Below, one piece after another: positions 20,459 through 29,442 of a stretch of DNA of 64,000 bases. The stretch is from assembly GCA_043745805.1 (NCBI GenBank), contig JAYTSD010000008.1:160001-224000 (forward strand). Reading direction: 5' to 3'. The translations under genes were made by a program, and so were the position numbers. The stretch is from Fibrobacteria bacterium. GTDB lineage: Bacteria; Fibrobacterota; Fibrobacteria; UBA11236. Within the stretch, counting starts at the first letter, position 1, and the number at the start of each line of letters is the position of its first letter. A model generated the notes under the pieces. It did no database searches and had not been told where the DNA came from. It saw only the letters and a list, made by a program, of their open reading frames with translations.

Positions 20459-20845
20459 TTAATGGTTAGCCGCGCCACTATATTTTTCAGGAATATGGCG
20501 CAGCTCCACCTCATAGCGATCCCAAACATGTGAGCTAGTTTTATAGCGATATTTACGAACCTGACATAAATCTAAGTCATCGATATAAAAGAAAATTAAG
20601 GCCGCATAGGCCTGATAAACTCTAGCAGTATCTCCCTGAAATTCTTTAAACTCGTCTATTACAAAATGAGGATTAGCAGACAAGGCTGAGGTTTTACCAT
20701 TGACTTTTATTTCATTCAAAATATCTTGTAAATCATTTTTTCCAATGTCCTCTAACCTCGAGTGCAGTTCACCTGGAGAAGAGGTACAACTTAGTACAAG
20801 GAAAAATACAGTGGCTAAAAATCCAACTCTACTCGACAAAGGCAA
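20459..20845 (-). CDS. Hypothetical lipoprotein
   Basis: Lipobox-like FFLVLSC. Start moved to TTG 20845, just after the upstream stop (uncertain). Confidence 0.6.
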   Translation of the reverse strand: MPLSSRVGFLATVFFLVLSCTSSPGELHSRLEDIGKNDLQDILNEIKVNGKTSALSANPHFVIDEFKEFQGDTARVYQAYAALIFFYIDDLDLCQVRKYRYKTSSHVWDRYEVELRHIPEKYSGAANH

Positions 20846-20852
20846 AAGATAT

Positions 20853-22133
20853 TTAGAAAGAATAAGTAGCCGAAATTCTTGAAATGATGTGATGCTTAGG
20901 TCCAGAAAAAAGATTTCCAAAAGTATAAAGTATATCCTCTGATAAACTTGCATCTACTTTTAATTTTTCCTCTACGTTTATACCTATACCAAATCCCACA
21001 TGATCATCGGTCAGGCCGTCGGAACTAGGATTGGTATATAGATAGCCAAAAGATTTATCCCCCGTATTACCCGAACCTTCGCGATAGGAAATTTCTTTTT
21101 GTCCGCCCACACGCAATACTAACCAATCCCACCAAATATTTCTTTCGATACCAAAAGAAACCAAGGTTCCCCGATTATCTTCTTTAAAGGATCGATTATC
21201 ATTAGAGGAATAAGTCATTTTGCCATTTTGCATACTCATACCGGTTTTTTTATCTTCCTCAAACAATCCTTGTACACCAAGCCAAAAGAAGCCTCGATCT
21301 AAGGATACATTTACCCCTAAGCCAAAATGAAGTTTATTCATTGCATGCCCTGGCGTTTGTATGGCATTAAAACTAAAGGTAGGAACCAACTCTCCATTGA
21401 TTATTTCCAAAGTCGAAAAAGCACGTCCTCGCACAAAATAAGACCATTCCGCATCAATGTTCGTAGGGCCATAACCTATCCAAGCTGTTCCAAAGGATAG
21501 TTCACCGTCTATATTGCGTGCCAAAGGCCAATTCATGCCTAAATCAGCCTTCATAATTTGTGCGTTAATGTCACCGTCAGGTTCACCAACTTTTTTGCCA
21601 TTTTGAAAATTAGCACCGGATTGATTAGCAATGTAAATGTGAGATCCTAGCATCCCCCCATTTGATAAAGTCAGTCCTAAAAATCCATCAAAATTTGTTA
21701 CGGGTTCTGGAACAGGCTTATGATCGGCACTATCAGGAAGTAAACTAAAAAGCTCTTCGTCTTTACGATTAAAAGCCCCACCAATACTAACACGCGGATA
21801 AAGATTTCCTCCATCCGATTTTTTAGCTAAGGAATATGAAAATATTCCTCCAAACCATGGATTTAACGGGTCTTGATTAGTGGCTTTTGTGCTTGCAGAA
21901 TCGGAAACTCCAGAAATAGGTTCATGATAGGTCCCTAATTCCCCAATTAAAAAATTTGGAAAAATATTCATGTTTGCAGGATTATCGAAAATACTTACAT
22001 CATCCATGAAAAATACTGCCGATTTGCCCATAGATTCAACTCGGGAATAGGTTGCAAAGGCAGGTGAAGTGAAAACACTTCCAAGACTTAAGCATAGGCC
22101 AATTTTCATAAATTTTTTGGTATTGTTCTGCAT
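20853..22133 (-). CDS. Outer-membrane beta-barrel protein
   Basis: Signal peptide (..PAFA), R..SMG......D.....NPA N-terminal plug-type motif, amphipathic strands, C-terminal BAM signal SATYSF. Confidence 0.8.
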   Translation of the reverse strand: MQNNTKKFMKIGLCLSLGSVFTSPAFATYSRVESMGKSAVFFMDDVSIFDNPANMNIFPNFLIGELGTYHEPISGVSDSASTKATNQDPLNPWFGGIFSYSLAKKSDGGNLYPRVSIGGAFNRKDEELFSLLPDSADHKPVPEPVTNFDGFLGLTLSNGGMLGSHIYIANQSGANFQNGKKVGEPDGDINAQIMKADLGMNWPLARNIDGELSFGTAWIGYGPTNIDAEWSYFVRGRAFSTLEIINGELVPTFSFNAIQTPGHAMNKLHFGLGVNVSLDRGFFWLGVQGLFEEDKKTGMSMQNGKMTYSSNDNRSFKEDNRGTLVSFGIERNIWWDWLVLRVGGQKEISYREGSGNTGDKSFGYLYTNPSSDGLTDDHVGFGIGINVEEKLKVDASLSEDILYTFGNLFSGPKHHIISRISATYSF

Positions 22134-22181
22134 ATAATCACTGCTCCAGTCACCACTCGTAAAAACGATTTATTTGTCTTA

Positions 22182-22210
22182 AACATAGCCCTAATCTTAA
22201 CAATGCTCAA
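22182..22210 (-). promoter_or_regulatory. Putative promoter of the beta-barrel gene
   Basis: TTGAGC-N17-TATGTT on the minus strand, downstream of the 22228-22266 terminator. Confidence 0.55.
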
Positions 22211-22227
22211 TCCTTTAAAATAGAGAA

Positions 22228-22266
22228 AAATAAAAAGGGAGCTGATGCAAAAACATCGACTCCCTT
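22228..22266 (-). terminator. Intrinsic terminator ending the motor operon
   Basis: Minus strand AAGGGAG-T-CGATG...CATCA-G-CTCCCTT followed by TTTATTTTT. Confidence 0.7.
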
Positions 22267-22287
22267 AAAATAGAGGAAAGAATTTAA

Positions 22288-22584
22288 TTACTCTGAAAAT
22301 GTAAAGGGAACGGTTGTCTTATCATTCCCTTTTAAATTAGTATTGTCAAATTTCCAAGACATGATTTGATTTAGTATGTCGCAGTCAAAATCCGAAATAC
22401 CGATAGTCGAGCCTACAATTTCCAAATCAATAATAGATCCCGAAGGGGCAATGGTGAACTCTAGGGTTACTTTTCCTTTTAATCCGGGATGGGATTTCAA
22501 ATATTTATTGTACGTAAATCTTAAGCCTGGGGTATGAGTACGAATCACTCTCAAAATAGATTCCGTGGAACGAGAATCACTTTC
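22288..22584 (-). pseudogene. Truncated or stand-alone paralog of the AgmX/PglI-type TonB-like C-terminal domain
   Basis: 98 codons align without gaps to the C-terminus of 22674-23618 (72/98 aa identical by manual count). TAA sits where the intact gene has CAG. An 88-aa TTG-start ORF is possible. Confidence 0.7.
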
Positions 22585-22623
22585 TTAGTGGCTAAATAAT
22601 CAGGAATCACGGTTCCTAAACTT

Positions 22624-22658
22624 TACCTATATCAACTAATATACAGTTGATATAGGTA
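22624..22658. repeat. Perfect 14-bp inverted repeat
   Basis: TACCTATATCAACT-N7-AGTTGATATAGGTA, 15 nt after the stop of 22674-23618. Confidence 0.85.
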
Positions 22659-22673
22659 TAGAACTATTGTTTT

Positions 22674-23618
22674 TTATTCAGAGAATGTGAAAGGTACGGT
22701 AACCTTATCATTCGCTTTGCTTTTAACCGATTCAAATTTCCAAGATTTTATTTGATCTCGTATTTCCGAATCAAAATCAGATACACCGGTTGTGGAGGCA
22801 ACTACGACTAATTCAATAATAGATCCCGAAGGAGCAATAGTGAATTTCATTGTAACTTTACCCTTAAATCCAGGATTAGTTTTTAAATACTTGTTATAAG
22901 TATGTCGCAAGCCAGGTGTATGTGTACGGATGACTCGCAAAATGGATTCCGTGGAACGAGCACCACTTTCCTGTCCCATATCAATATCGGATGCCGAAGG
23001 CGCTTTTAGCCCAGCTCCCCCACGAGCAGAAACACCCACGGGACCGCCGCCGCCGCCTAATAAACCATCGAGATCAATACCACCCGAACCCCCTGCACCA
23101 TAACCTTCATTGAAACCAGCATCAGCTCTGCCTTTGCGTGCCCCAATTTTAGTTTGACCTGTTGTAGTAAGGCTAGACACGTTATTAATAACCTTATCGA
23201 TATCCTTTGCGAACTTCTGATTTAAAAGATCATAAGCAGAAAGAGAATGAGAAGAAGATTTTGAAGTAATTAATTTTAATGCGGCTTGTGTAGCAGGTGC
23301 ATTAGGTATTCCGCGTCCTTTAGGAGGGCCACCACCACCACTTCGTTTCCGAACTTTAGGAGGAGTATTCTTCTTTTTCTTTTCTTCTTCCTTTTTCTTT
23401 TCAATGTCATTTACTTTAAGAACAACCTTGGTATCTTTATTTCCATCAACCGTAGTTAAGGCAAGTGGTATGATTACTTCAACAGTAAGCATATAGCTAA
23501 TCAAGCCTGCACCCATTATTGCAAAAGCCATTAAGAAGTTTCTTAATCTTTTATCATTCTCGACTGCCAAGCTTTCGAGAACTGTATCTTCTTCTGGTCT
23601 GCTATTTTGATTACTCAT
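22674..23618 (-). CDS. TonB/TolA-like energy transducer with AgmX/PglI-type C-terminal domain
   Basis: N-terminal TM, Lys/Glu/Pro- and Gly-rich linker, C-terminal RS..SI.RVI......LR..YNKYLK..PG.KGKV...FTI...G...W.F.......PF.F. Confidence 0.85.
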   Translation of the reverse strand: MSNQNSRPEEDTVLESLAVENDKRLRNFLMAFAIMGAGLISYMLTVEVIIPLALTTVDGNKDTKVVLKVNDIEKKKEEEKKKKNTPPKVRKRSGGGGPPKGRGIPNAPATQAALKLITSKSSSHSLSAYDLLNQKFAKDIDKVINNVSSLTTTGQTKIGARKGRADAGFNEGYGAGGSGGIDLDGLLGGGGGPVGVSARGGAGLKAPSASDIDMGQESGARSTESILRVIRTHTPGLRHTYNKYLKTNPGFKGKVTMKFTIAPSGSIIELVVVASTTGVSDFDSEIRDQIKSWKFESVKSKANDKVTVPFTFSE

Positions 23619-23619
23619 T

Positions 23620-24108
23620 TTAGCCTTCCTCGCCTTTGCGGGTTACCAAGAATTTAATATTGTTATAGCCAGCAAAACCACAAGTAGCCATCACCTTGGT
23701 AATGACATCGTACTCGGTATTCTTATCAAACTGAACAACAACTTTACCTGTCGCTTCCTTGATAATGCCCATCATTTCAGCTTTTCGCTCTTGTTCACGC
23801 TTTTTCACTAATATTTCTAACATCGGCTGTATAATCAGGCTATCCTGCTTACGAACCTTGTCCATTTCAATCAATTCATGATCATCCACTGAAATAGATT
23901 TGGGGTCACCAATAATTGTTAGTGATACTTCGGTTGGCGATTTTGAAGTCGCTGAAACGGGAAGAATTAAATTATCTGCAGAAGTGATTAAATTTCCTTC
24001 TGAAGAAACCGAACGCAATAAAAACACTAAAACAATAACGAATACATCAATTAAGGACGTAATGATAAGTCCAGCTTCATGCTGCCTTTTTATTTTTCTA
24101 CGGCCCAT
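23620..24108 (-). CDS. ExbD/TolR family protein (AglS-like)
   Basis: TM LIITSLIDVFVIVLVFLL with the conserved Asp; C-terminal DK...Y..I.KVM.TC..AG; AAGGAG SD. Confidence 0.88.
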   Translation of the reverse strand: MGRRKIKRQHEAGLIITSLIDVFVIVLVFLLRSVSSEGNLITSADNLILPVSATSKSPTEVSLTIIGDPKSISVDDHELIEMDKVRKQDSLIIQPMLEILVKKREQERKAEMMGIIKEATGKVVVQFDKNTEYDVITKVMATCGFAGYNNIKFLVTRKGEEG

Positions 24109-24109
24109 T

Positions 24110-24919
24110 TTAAACTCCTTCGCCAACTAAGGATAATGCTACGCGATCGAATCCGGCCGCTTTGCATGCATCCATAAGTTGAATGATTTTGTCGTAAATT
24201 ATTCCTTCACCCGCAAGAATCACTACATCATCTGCATCAGGAGGTACTGGATCAAGGTTGCTATATATCAAATGAACTTTTTCCAATTGCTTGGCGACTT
24301 CCTGATATGCAGATAATTTTGTTACCTGTAAAAATGAAGCAGTTTTACCGTCCATTTTACGTATAACTTGGTCACCCACAAAACGATAAGGAGCACCAAC
24401 GGTTGGAACAGTGGTAAACCAGTTTCCAGCGGTGTCCAGTAATGCATTACCAGTTAAATCGAGAGCGGCCATTACAAAGGTACCGGGATCATTCGTGTCT
24501 TTTTTAGCAACAGTATTTAAGTAAATAGTTTCTTTTTCATGTGGTGACATGATTTTACCATCGGTAGGTGATTTTACCGATTCGCCCTTAAGATAAACCT
24601 TACGGAATACATTCTTATCGGAACGAGAGCGATATTCAACTTCTTCTTGGTAAAAGATGGTAGGTTTAAAGCCACCAGCAGCCCCAATTACTATGGAATT
24701 ATCAGTAATCACTACAGTTAAATTAAGAAGCCCTTCATCCGGTGGCGGCTGAGCAGTTTCAACTCGGTCTGTTCGCTCTGGTAACCAGAGCTCCAGAACC
24801 CCGAGCTTTTCAAAGGTAGCCATTGAAATAACCACCGTCACAAGGATGGAGAATAGATTCATCACAGGGATGAGATCTAGCTCCTTCGGTTTTGTTTTCT
24901 TTACGGAACCTTTATTCAT
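24110..24919 (-). CDS. ExbD/TolR family protein with a large periplasmic insertion (AglQ-like)
   Basis: ELDLIPVMNLFSILV TM and C-terminal YDKIIQLMDACKAAGF; 269 aa versus about 140 typical. Confidence 0.85.
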   Translation of the reverse strand: MNKGSVKKTKPKELDLIPVMNLFSILVTVVISMATFEKLGVLELWLPERTDRVETAQPPPDEGLLNLTVVITDNSIVIGAAGGFKPTIFYQEEVEYRSRSDKNVFRKVYLKGESVKSPTDGKIMSPHEKETIYLNTVAKKDTNDPGTFVMAALDLTGNALLDTAGNWFTTVPTVGAPYRFVGDQVIRKMDGKTASFLQVTKLSAYQEVAKQLEKVHLIYSNLDPVPPDADDVVILAGEGIIYDKIIQLMDACKAAGFDRVALSLVGEGV

Positions 24920-24949
24920 TTCTTTTCCAATCTTTTATTGGCTAAGGTC

Positions 24950-25561
24950 TTAGAGTAAATTCATTACTTTAACGGCTTTTTCTTCCATTTCTTCTTGCAA
25001 GCGTTCGCTTTGCATAGAGAGCAAGCCATGTAAGAACAAAATGGGAATAGCTACTGATAAACCAGTCCAAGTATTAACCATAACGATGGCGATACCATTA
25101 GCCAAAGCTTGAGGACGTTGAGCTGCTGGTAAGTTAGCTACTGCATCAAAAGCCACAATAAGACCGAAAATTGTTCCTAATAATCCACATAACATGGCAA
25201 TATTTGCTAAGGAAGGCAATAAATTGAGATAGCGATTTATGCGAGGAGCTTCAGTTAAATAAACTTCATCTACGGCTTTTTCGATAGCGCCTTGGCCTTT
25301 AGCTTTGTTTTGTAATACGGCGGAGATAATGCGAGCTAAGGGAAAGTTTTGGCCAGCAGCCAACTGTCCAGCTTCAGCAACGCGCCCTGTTTGCAAAAGT
25401 TGAGCAACATTGCGCATGAAATTTGCACGCCCACTCGAACATTTAATAAAAATGTAGAAGAAGCGTTCAGCTATTATCGCCAAAGCAACAATCCCTAAAC
25501 AAATAAGGATTGTCATATAAACTTTTCCTTCACCTTGAAAGCCTTTTAAAATTAGTTCCAT
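24950..25561 (-). CDS. MotA/TolQ/ExbB proton channel protein (AglR-like)
   Basis: Three TMs; IIAERF, GLLGTIFGLI.AF, GIA....T..GL.VAIP. Confidence 0.92.
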   Translation of the reverse strand: MELILKGFQGEGKVYMTILICLGIVALAIIAERFFYIFIKCSSGRANFMRNVAQLLQTGRVAEAGQLAAGQNFPLARIISAVLQNKAKGQGAIEKAVDEVYLTEAPRINRYLNLLPSLANIAMLCGLLGTIFGLIVAFDAVANLPAAQRPQALANGIAIVMVNTWTGLSVAIPILFLHGLLSMQSERLQEEMEEKAVKVMNLL

Positions 25562-25868
25562 TAGGATACCCTCTCTAGTCTGTGTTTAGTGGTTAGTTAA
25601 GTTTCAGAACTCGTTACCGAGTTAAGTTCATTATGAGGTTTTTTCAAACCATCAGTCCGTGTTATTCCTCAAGTAAGATAATCTCAGTGCAAATATTTCG
25701 CACAGAGTTTTTAAAATATTATTACGCCGAAATACATTTTTTTAAAGGTTGCCGTAACAATATTTGCAAAACATACAAATGCATCCATTTTTCTCATGCT
25801 GGATGCAGCCCTGCCCTTATAGGTTTTTTCGATTCGCATTTTATTGCTTTTTATTTATTTTCTTTTGG

Positions 25869-28800
25869 TTATTCGGGTTTATTAACCACGGGAGAACCAC
25901 CAGAATTATTGGTGTTTGCTTTGGATCTTGGTTCGATATGAATACTCAATTCCTCAGCAGCAGGTTCCATTTCTTTTAAACGAGAAAGAATTGCATTTGT
26001 ATGCTCATTCACTAAGCCATAGGTTTGTGCAGCACGAATGGCTTCTTTATAATGAATAACCACTTTTTCCATGGTTTCCGTAGAAGCCTTAGTTAATTGT
26101 TCTTTTGCATCTTTTGCAGATCCTTTGGGAATGGGAGCATTCAACAATAGCTTACTCAAATCTTCCATAGCCTGACCTTTTGCGCGATAAGCTTGCATAA
26201 ATTTTATTCCAGTTGAATCAATCCATGGACTTTCAATACCTTGATTTACAGCCACTTCTAAATTTTTCTGATACAGTTCACGGGCCTTATCTAAATAACC
26301 AGGAATGGTTGCTTTAGTTTCAATACGCGTGCTGATTTGTTCATCTCTACTTAAATCTTGTACTCTTTCATTATCCGAAATAGTGGCAATGGCAAAGAAC
26401 ACATCACCCATGCGAATGGTTGAACGTAAAGTCCATTCCACTTCCGCCATTTGCGCTGATTTTGCATAACTGGTAATAGCTGGCGCAACATTTTGCTTAA
26501 CTTCACCAATACGATTTGCGTTTTGTTTTTTGTTCCCATCCAAACGGATTTTTAAAATTTTTTTATAATAAAGCTCACCCATGCGATAACCAGCTTCTGC
26601 GGCAATAGCAGAAGGGATTGAAAATTGTTGGCCGTATTTTTCTTGGATTTGAATCGCTGCTGAATAATGAAAAACAGCTTTCTTTTCATTATTCAAATTT
26701 TCATAATTTTTACCGGCTCCTAAATGCGCTCGTATCAATTTGTTTTTGTCATTATCAAAATCTTTTACGAAAGCTTCGTAGGCCGATGCCGCACGGGTAA
26801 AATCGCCTTTACTTTCCAAAATTAAAGGGACAGAAAACTGTGCTTCAATGGCATATTGACTTTTAGGATAATTTTCTGCTATAAGTTGATAAGTACGAAC
26901 AGCATCTTCATAACTCTTGGCTGTTTCATAAATTTGACCACCATTATATAAAAATGAAGGGGTCTTATCATTTTTAGGATATAGTTTATAAGCGGATTCG
27001 TAGGTTGCACCAGCGCGATGTAAATCAGGTACTTTCTCATAAGCTTCTGCAGACCAACCAATAGATTGAAATCCTAAAGAATCGTCGGGATAATTACGTT
27101 GTACCAAAATAAAAGTTTCAGCAGCATCGCGAAATTTATTCTTTGCCTGATAAATCGCTGCGGCTTTAAGAATTGACTTAATACGCAAATCCGATTTGGG
27201 GAATTCATTATGAATACCCAATAAAACACGAACGCCTTCTTCGGTGCGACCTGCAGAGTCATATTGTAATCCTGCCTCAAACATGGCCTTATCCGCAATA
27301 TCTACATCGCGGAATTTTTTTGCCATTTGTTCATACTTAAGCGCTGCGGCACTGTGATCTCCAGTTTTTCCTTTTGCTTCGGCTTGCTTAAACATAGTCG
27401 CTGCCAATGATTTGCGAACATCGGGACATTGTTTGTCTTTAGGGCAAAGAACATTAGTAAGTATGGTAAACTGTTTTTCTGCTGCTTCAAATTGACCGTC
27501 TTCCAAAAGACTTTGGGCTAAAGCACGGCGAATTAAATCGACATGAGTTTGATTTTTAACTTCTAAAAGTTTTGCAAATCCAGGAATTGCTTTTTGAAAT
27601 TGCTTGGCTTCATAATGCAAAAATGCAGCATTGTAGGCAAGGTCACCAGCATTAGGTGTTTGTCCATAAACAGCCATATATTTATCAACCGCGGCGAAAT
27701 AATCGCGTGTTTCTGGTGCTTCATAGGCAGCAACTTTATCGCCTTTTAATTTTTCCACTGCCAACTTACGATTTTCTTCCATCATAATCACTACATTGTA
27801 AGCTGCATCAGCTTTTGTCACGATATCTTTTTTTTCAGCAGGCAATTTACCCATTTTATTGGTGTTGGCATTGGCACACCAAGTCCACTCTTCAGCTGAT
27901 TTCGTATAGTCTTTTAACTTATTATAAAGCACGGCTAAATTTTGATGAACTTGATAAACATCCCAACCTTCATCCGAAGCGTATTTATTTAAATAGTCCC
28001 GATAAGCAGCTTCGGCTTTCTGCATCATTTCCGCATCGCCTTTACCTTCTTCCCCTTTGAAGTGATAGTAGACGGGGATTTGATACATGGCCATTTTAAT
28101 CGCATTGCTAGCTTCTTCATAAGCCTGTTTATTTGAGGAATTTTTTTGCGACCATTCAGAGTTTCCATCATAGCGCTTAACAATATCCATGCGCGCTTGT
28201 TGGGCTTCTTCTGCCTTTTTATTAATAACTAAAATCTCTACCACATTTAAGTCGGCAATTGGAGCCTTGGAATAAGTAGGCTCTTTATCCAATAAAAATT
28301 TAAAAGCTTTTACTGATTCTTGTAGGCGATCATGCGCCTTGTTCTTCATTGCTATTTCAAAATAAACATCATTTTCCCATTTTGGATTACCTTTGGAATT
28401 CAAGAATTTTTCAGCGACCTCAAAACCGTTATCCATATCGGCCCATGCCGCAGCCATAAATTGCATGGCTTCATCACGTAAATCGCCTTTAAGCTTACCT
28501 TGATCCGCAAGGGTTACATATTCATAATACCACTTTGCTGCATTTTCAAAATCCGCTAAATTATAATATGCTTCTGCCCTGTGATACAAAGCTAAAGCCG
28601 CTTCATTACCTGGATAGTTAGTAGGAATTTTTTCATAATGCTCGATAGCCTTCGCATATTTTCTTTTTAATAACCAGTATTCACCCAAACGTAAATGAGA
28701 TTGAACTACTAATTCACTTTGTGGAAAGCGAGTAACCAGCAAGGTTAAATACTCATAAGCTCTATCTTCATTGCCTAACATATCAGAAATAAAAGCTGCA

Positions 28801-29438
28801 CGGAAAAGAGCGCTAGGCGCATCTTTATGATTAGCATACTCTTTTAAAAATCTTTCAAAATGTTTTAGTGAGGCATTGTGATTACGTTTTGGTTGAACAG
28901 GTTCAGCTGTTTTACGATCATGATCTTCCCAAACCTGAAATTCCTTTTCATATTTTTGTTGCTTAACTAAAAATTGATCTTCTTCATTTAGGTATGTTAA
29001 ATTGCCGACTTGATATAAAGCAGAAGCACAACGATCTGATTTTTCTGTACAAGAATTTACGTAGTCGGTAAACTCCTTGATACTCGATTGACGATTATTG
29101 ATCTTTTCGCCCATTTCTTTAGGCGCCTCTTTAGCGGAACGTTCATTGCGTTTCACTTCTTCTTTTGCAACATCCGCCTTATAACTTTCAAGATCGGATT
29201 TATACTTGTCAACTTTTTTCTGACGCTTCTCTAAACATTCGACTTTGTCTGCGTCACCCATTGCTTCGCATTTAGCGCCTAGTTGCTCCAGTTCTACTTT
29301 ACGTTTTTTTAATTCGCCAAGTTTATCGACTGAAAAAGTTAGGGAGGCAGTCATTGCCATCCCCAAAACCACGATTGGTAATTTTTTTACTAAAAACATC
29401 ATTGAACTATTTTTCCTAGCCTTTTGATTAATACTCAT
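25869..29438 (-). CDS. Giant periplasmic TPR protein (GltD/AgmU-like)
   Basis: Signal peptide, N-terminal coiled coil, many YfiO/CpoB-type TPRs (..FP.S....A.F..G); directly upstream of the motor genes. Confidence 0.8.
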   Translation of the reverse strand: MSINQKARKNSSMMFLVKKLPIVVLGMAMTASLTFSVDKLGELKKRKVELEQLGAKCEAMGDADKVECLEKRQKKVDKYKSDLESYKADVAKEEVKRNERSAKEAPKEMGEKINNRQSSIKEFTDYVNSCTEKSDRCASALYQVGNLTYLNEEDQFLVKQQKYEKEFQVWEDHDRKTAEPVQPKRNHNASLKHFERFLKEYANHKDAPSALFRAAFISDMLGNEDRAYEYLTLLVTRFPQSELVVQSHLRLGEYWLLKRKYAKAIEHYEKIPTNYPGNEAALALYHRAEAYYNLADFENAAKWYYEYVTLADQGKLKGDLRDEAMQFMAAAWADMDNGFEVAEKFLNSKGNPKWENDVYFEIAMKNKAHDRLQESVKAFKFLLDKEPTYSKAPIADLNVVEILVINKKAEEAQQARMDIVKRYDGNSEWSQKNSSNKQAYEEASNAIKMAMYQIPVYYHFKGEEGKGDAEMMQKAEAAYRDYLNKYASDEGWDVYQVHQNLAVLYNKLKDYTKSAEEWTWCANANTNKMGKLPAEKKDIVTKADAAYNVVIMMEENRKLAVEKLKGDKVAAYEAPETRDYFAAVDKYMAVYGQTPNAGDLAYNAAFLHYEAKQFQKAIPGFAKLLEVKNQTHVDLIRRALAQSLLEDGQFEAAEKQFTILTNVLCPKDKQCPDVRKSLAATMFKQAEAKGKTGDHSAAALKYEQMAKKFRDVDIADKAMFEAGLQYDSAGRTEEGVRVLLGIHNEFPKSDLRIKSILKAAAIYQAKNKFRDAAETFILVQRNYPDDSLGFQSIGWSAEAYEKVPDLHRAGATYESAYKLYPKNDKTPSFLYNGGQIYETAKSYEDAVRTYQLIAENYPKSQYAIEAQFSVPLILESKGDFTRAASAYEAFVKDFDNDKNKLIRAHLGAGKNYENLNNEKKAVFHYSAAIQIQEKYGQQFSIPSAIAAEAGYRMGELYYKKILKIRLDGNKKQNANRIGEVKQNVAPAITSYAKSAQMAEVEWTLRSTIRMGDVFFAIATISDNERVQDLSRDEQISTRIETKATIPGYLDKARELYQKNLEVAVNQGIESPWIDSTGIKFMQAYRAKGQAMEDLSKLLLNAPIPKGSAKDAKEQLTKASTETMEKVVIHYKEAIRAAQTYGLVNEHTNAILSRLKEMEPAAEELSIHIEPRSKANTNNSGGSPVVNKPE

Positions 29439-29442
29439 CAAA

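Noticed and set aside
22288-22970. Repeat pair as a diversity-generating retroelement TR/VR
   Set aside because: Differences involve all four bases, with many at synonymous third positions, rather than being adenine-specific. There is no reverse transcriptase in the window.
25633-25979. 102-aa and 71-aa plus-strand ORFs
   Set aside because: They are antisense to the operon, have atypical composition and no SD, and span regulatory DNA.
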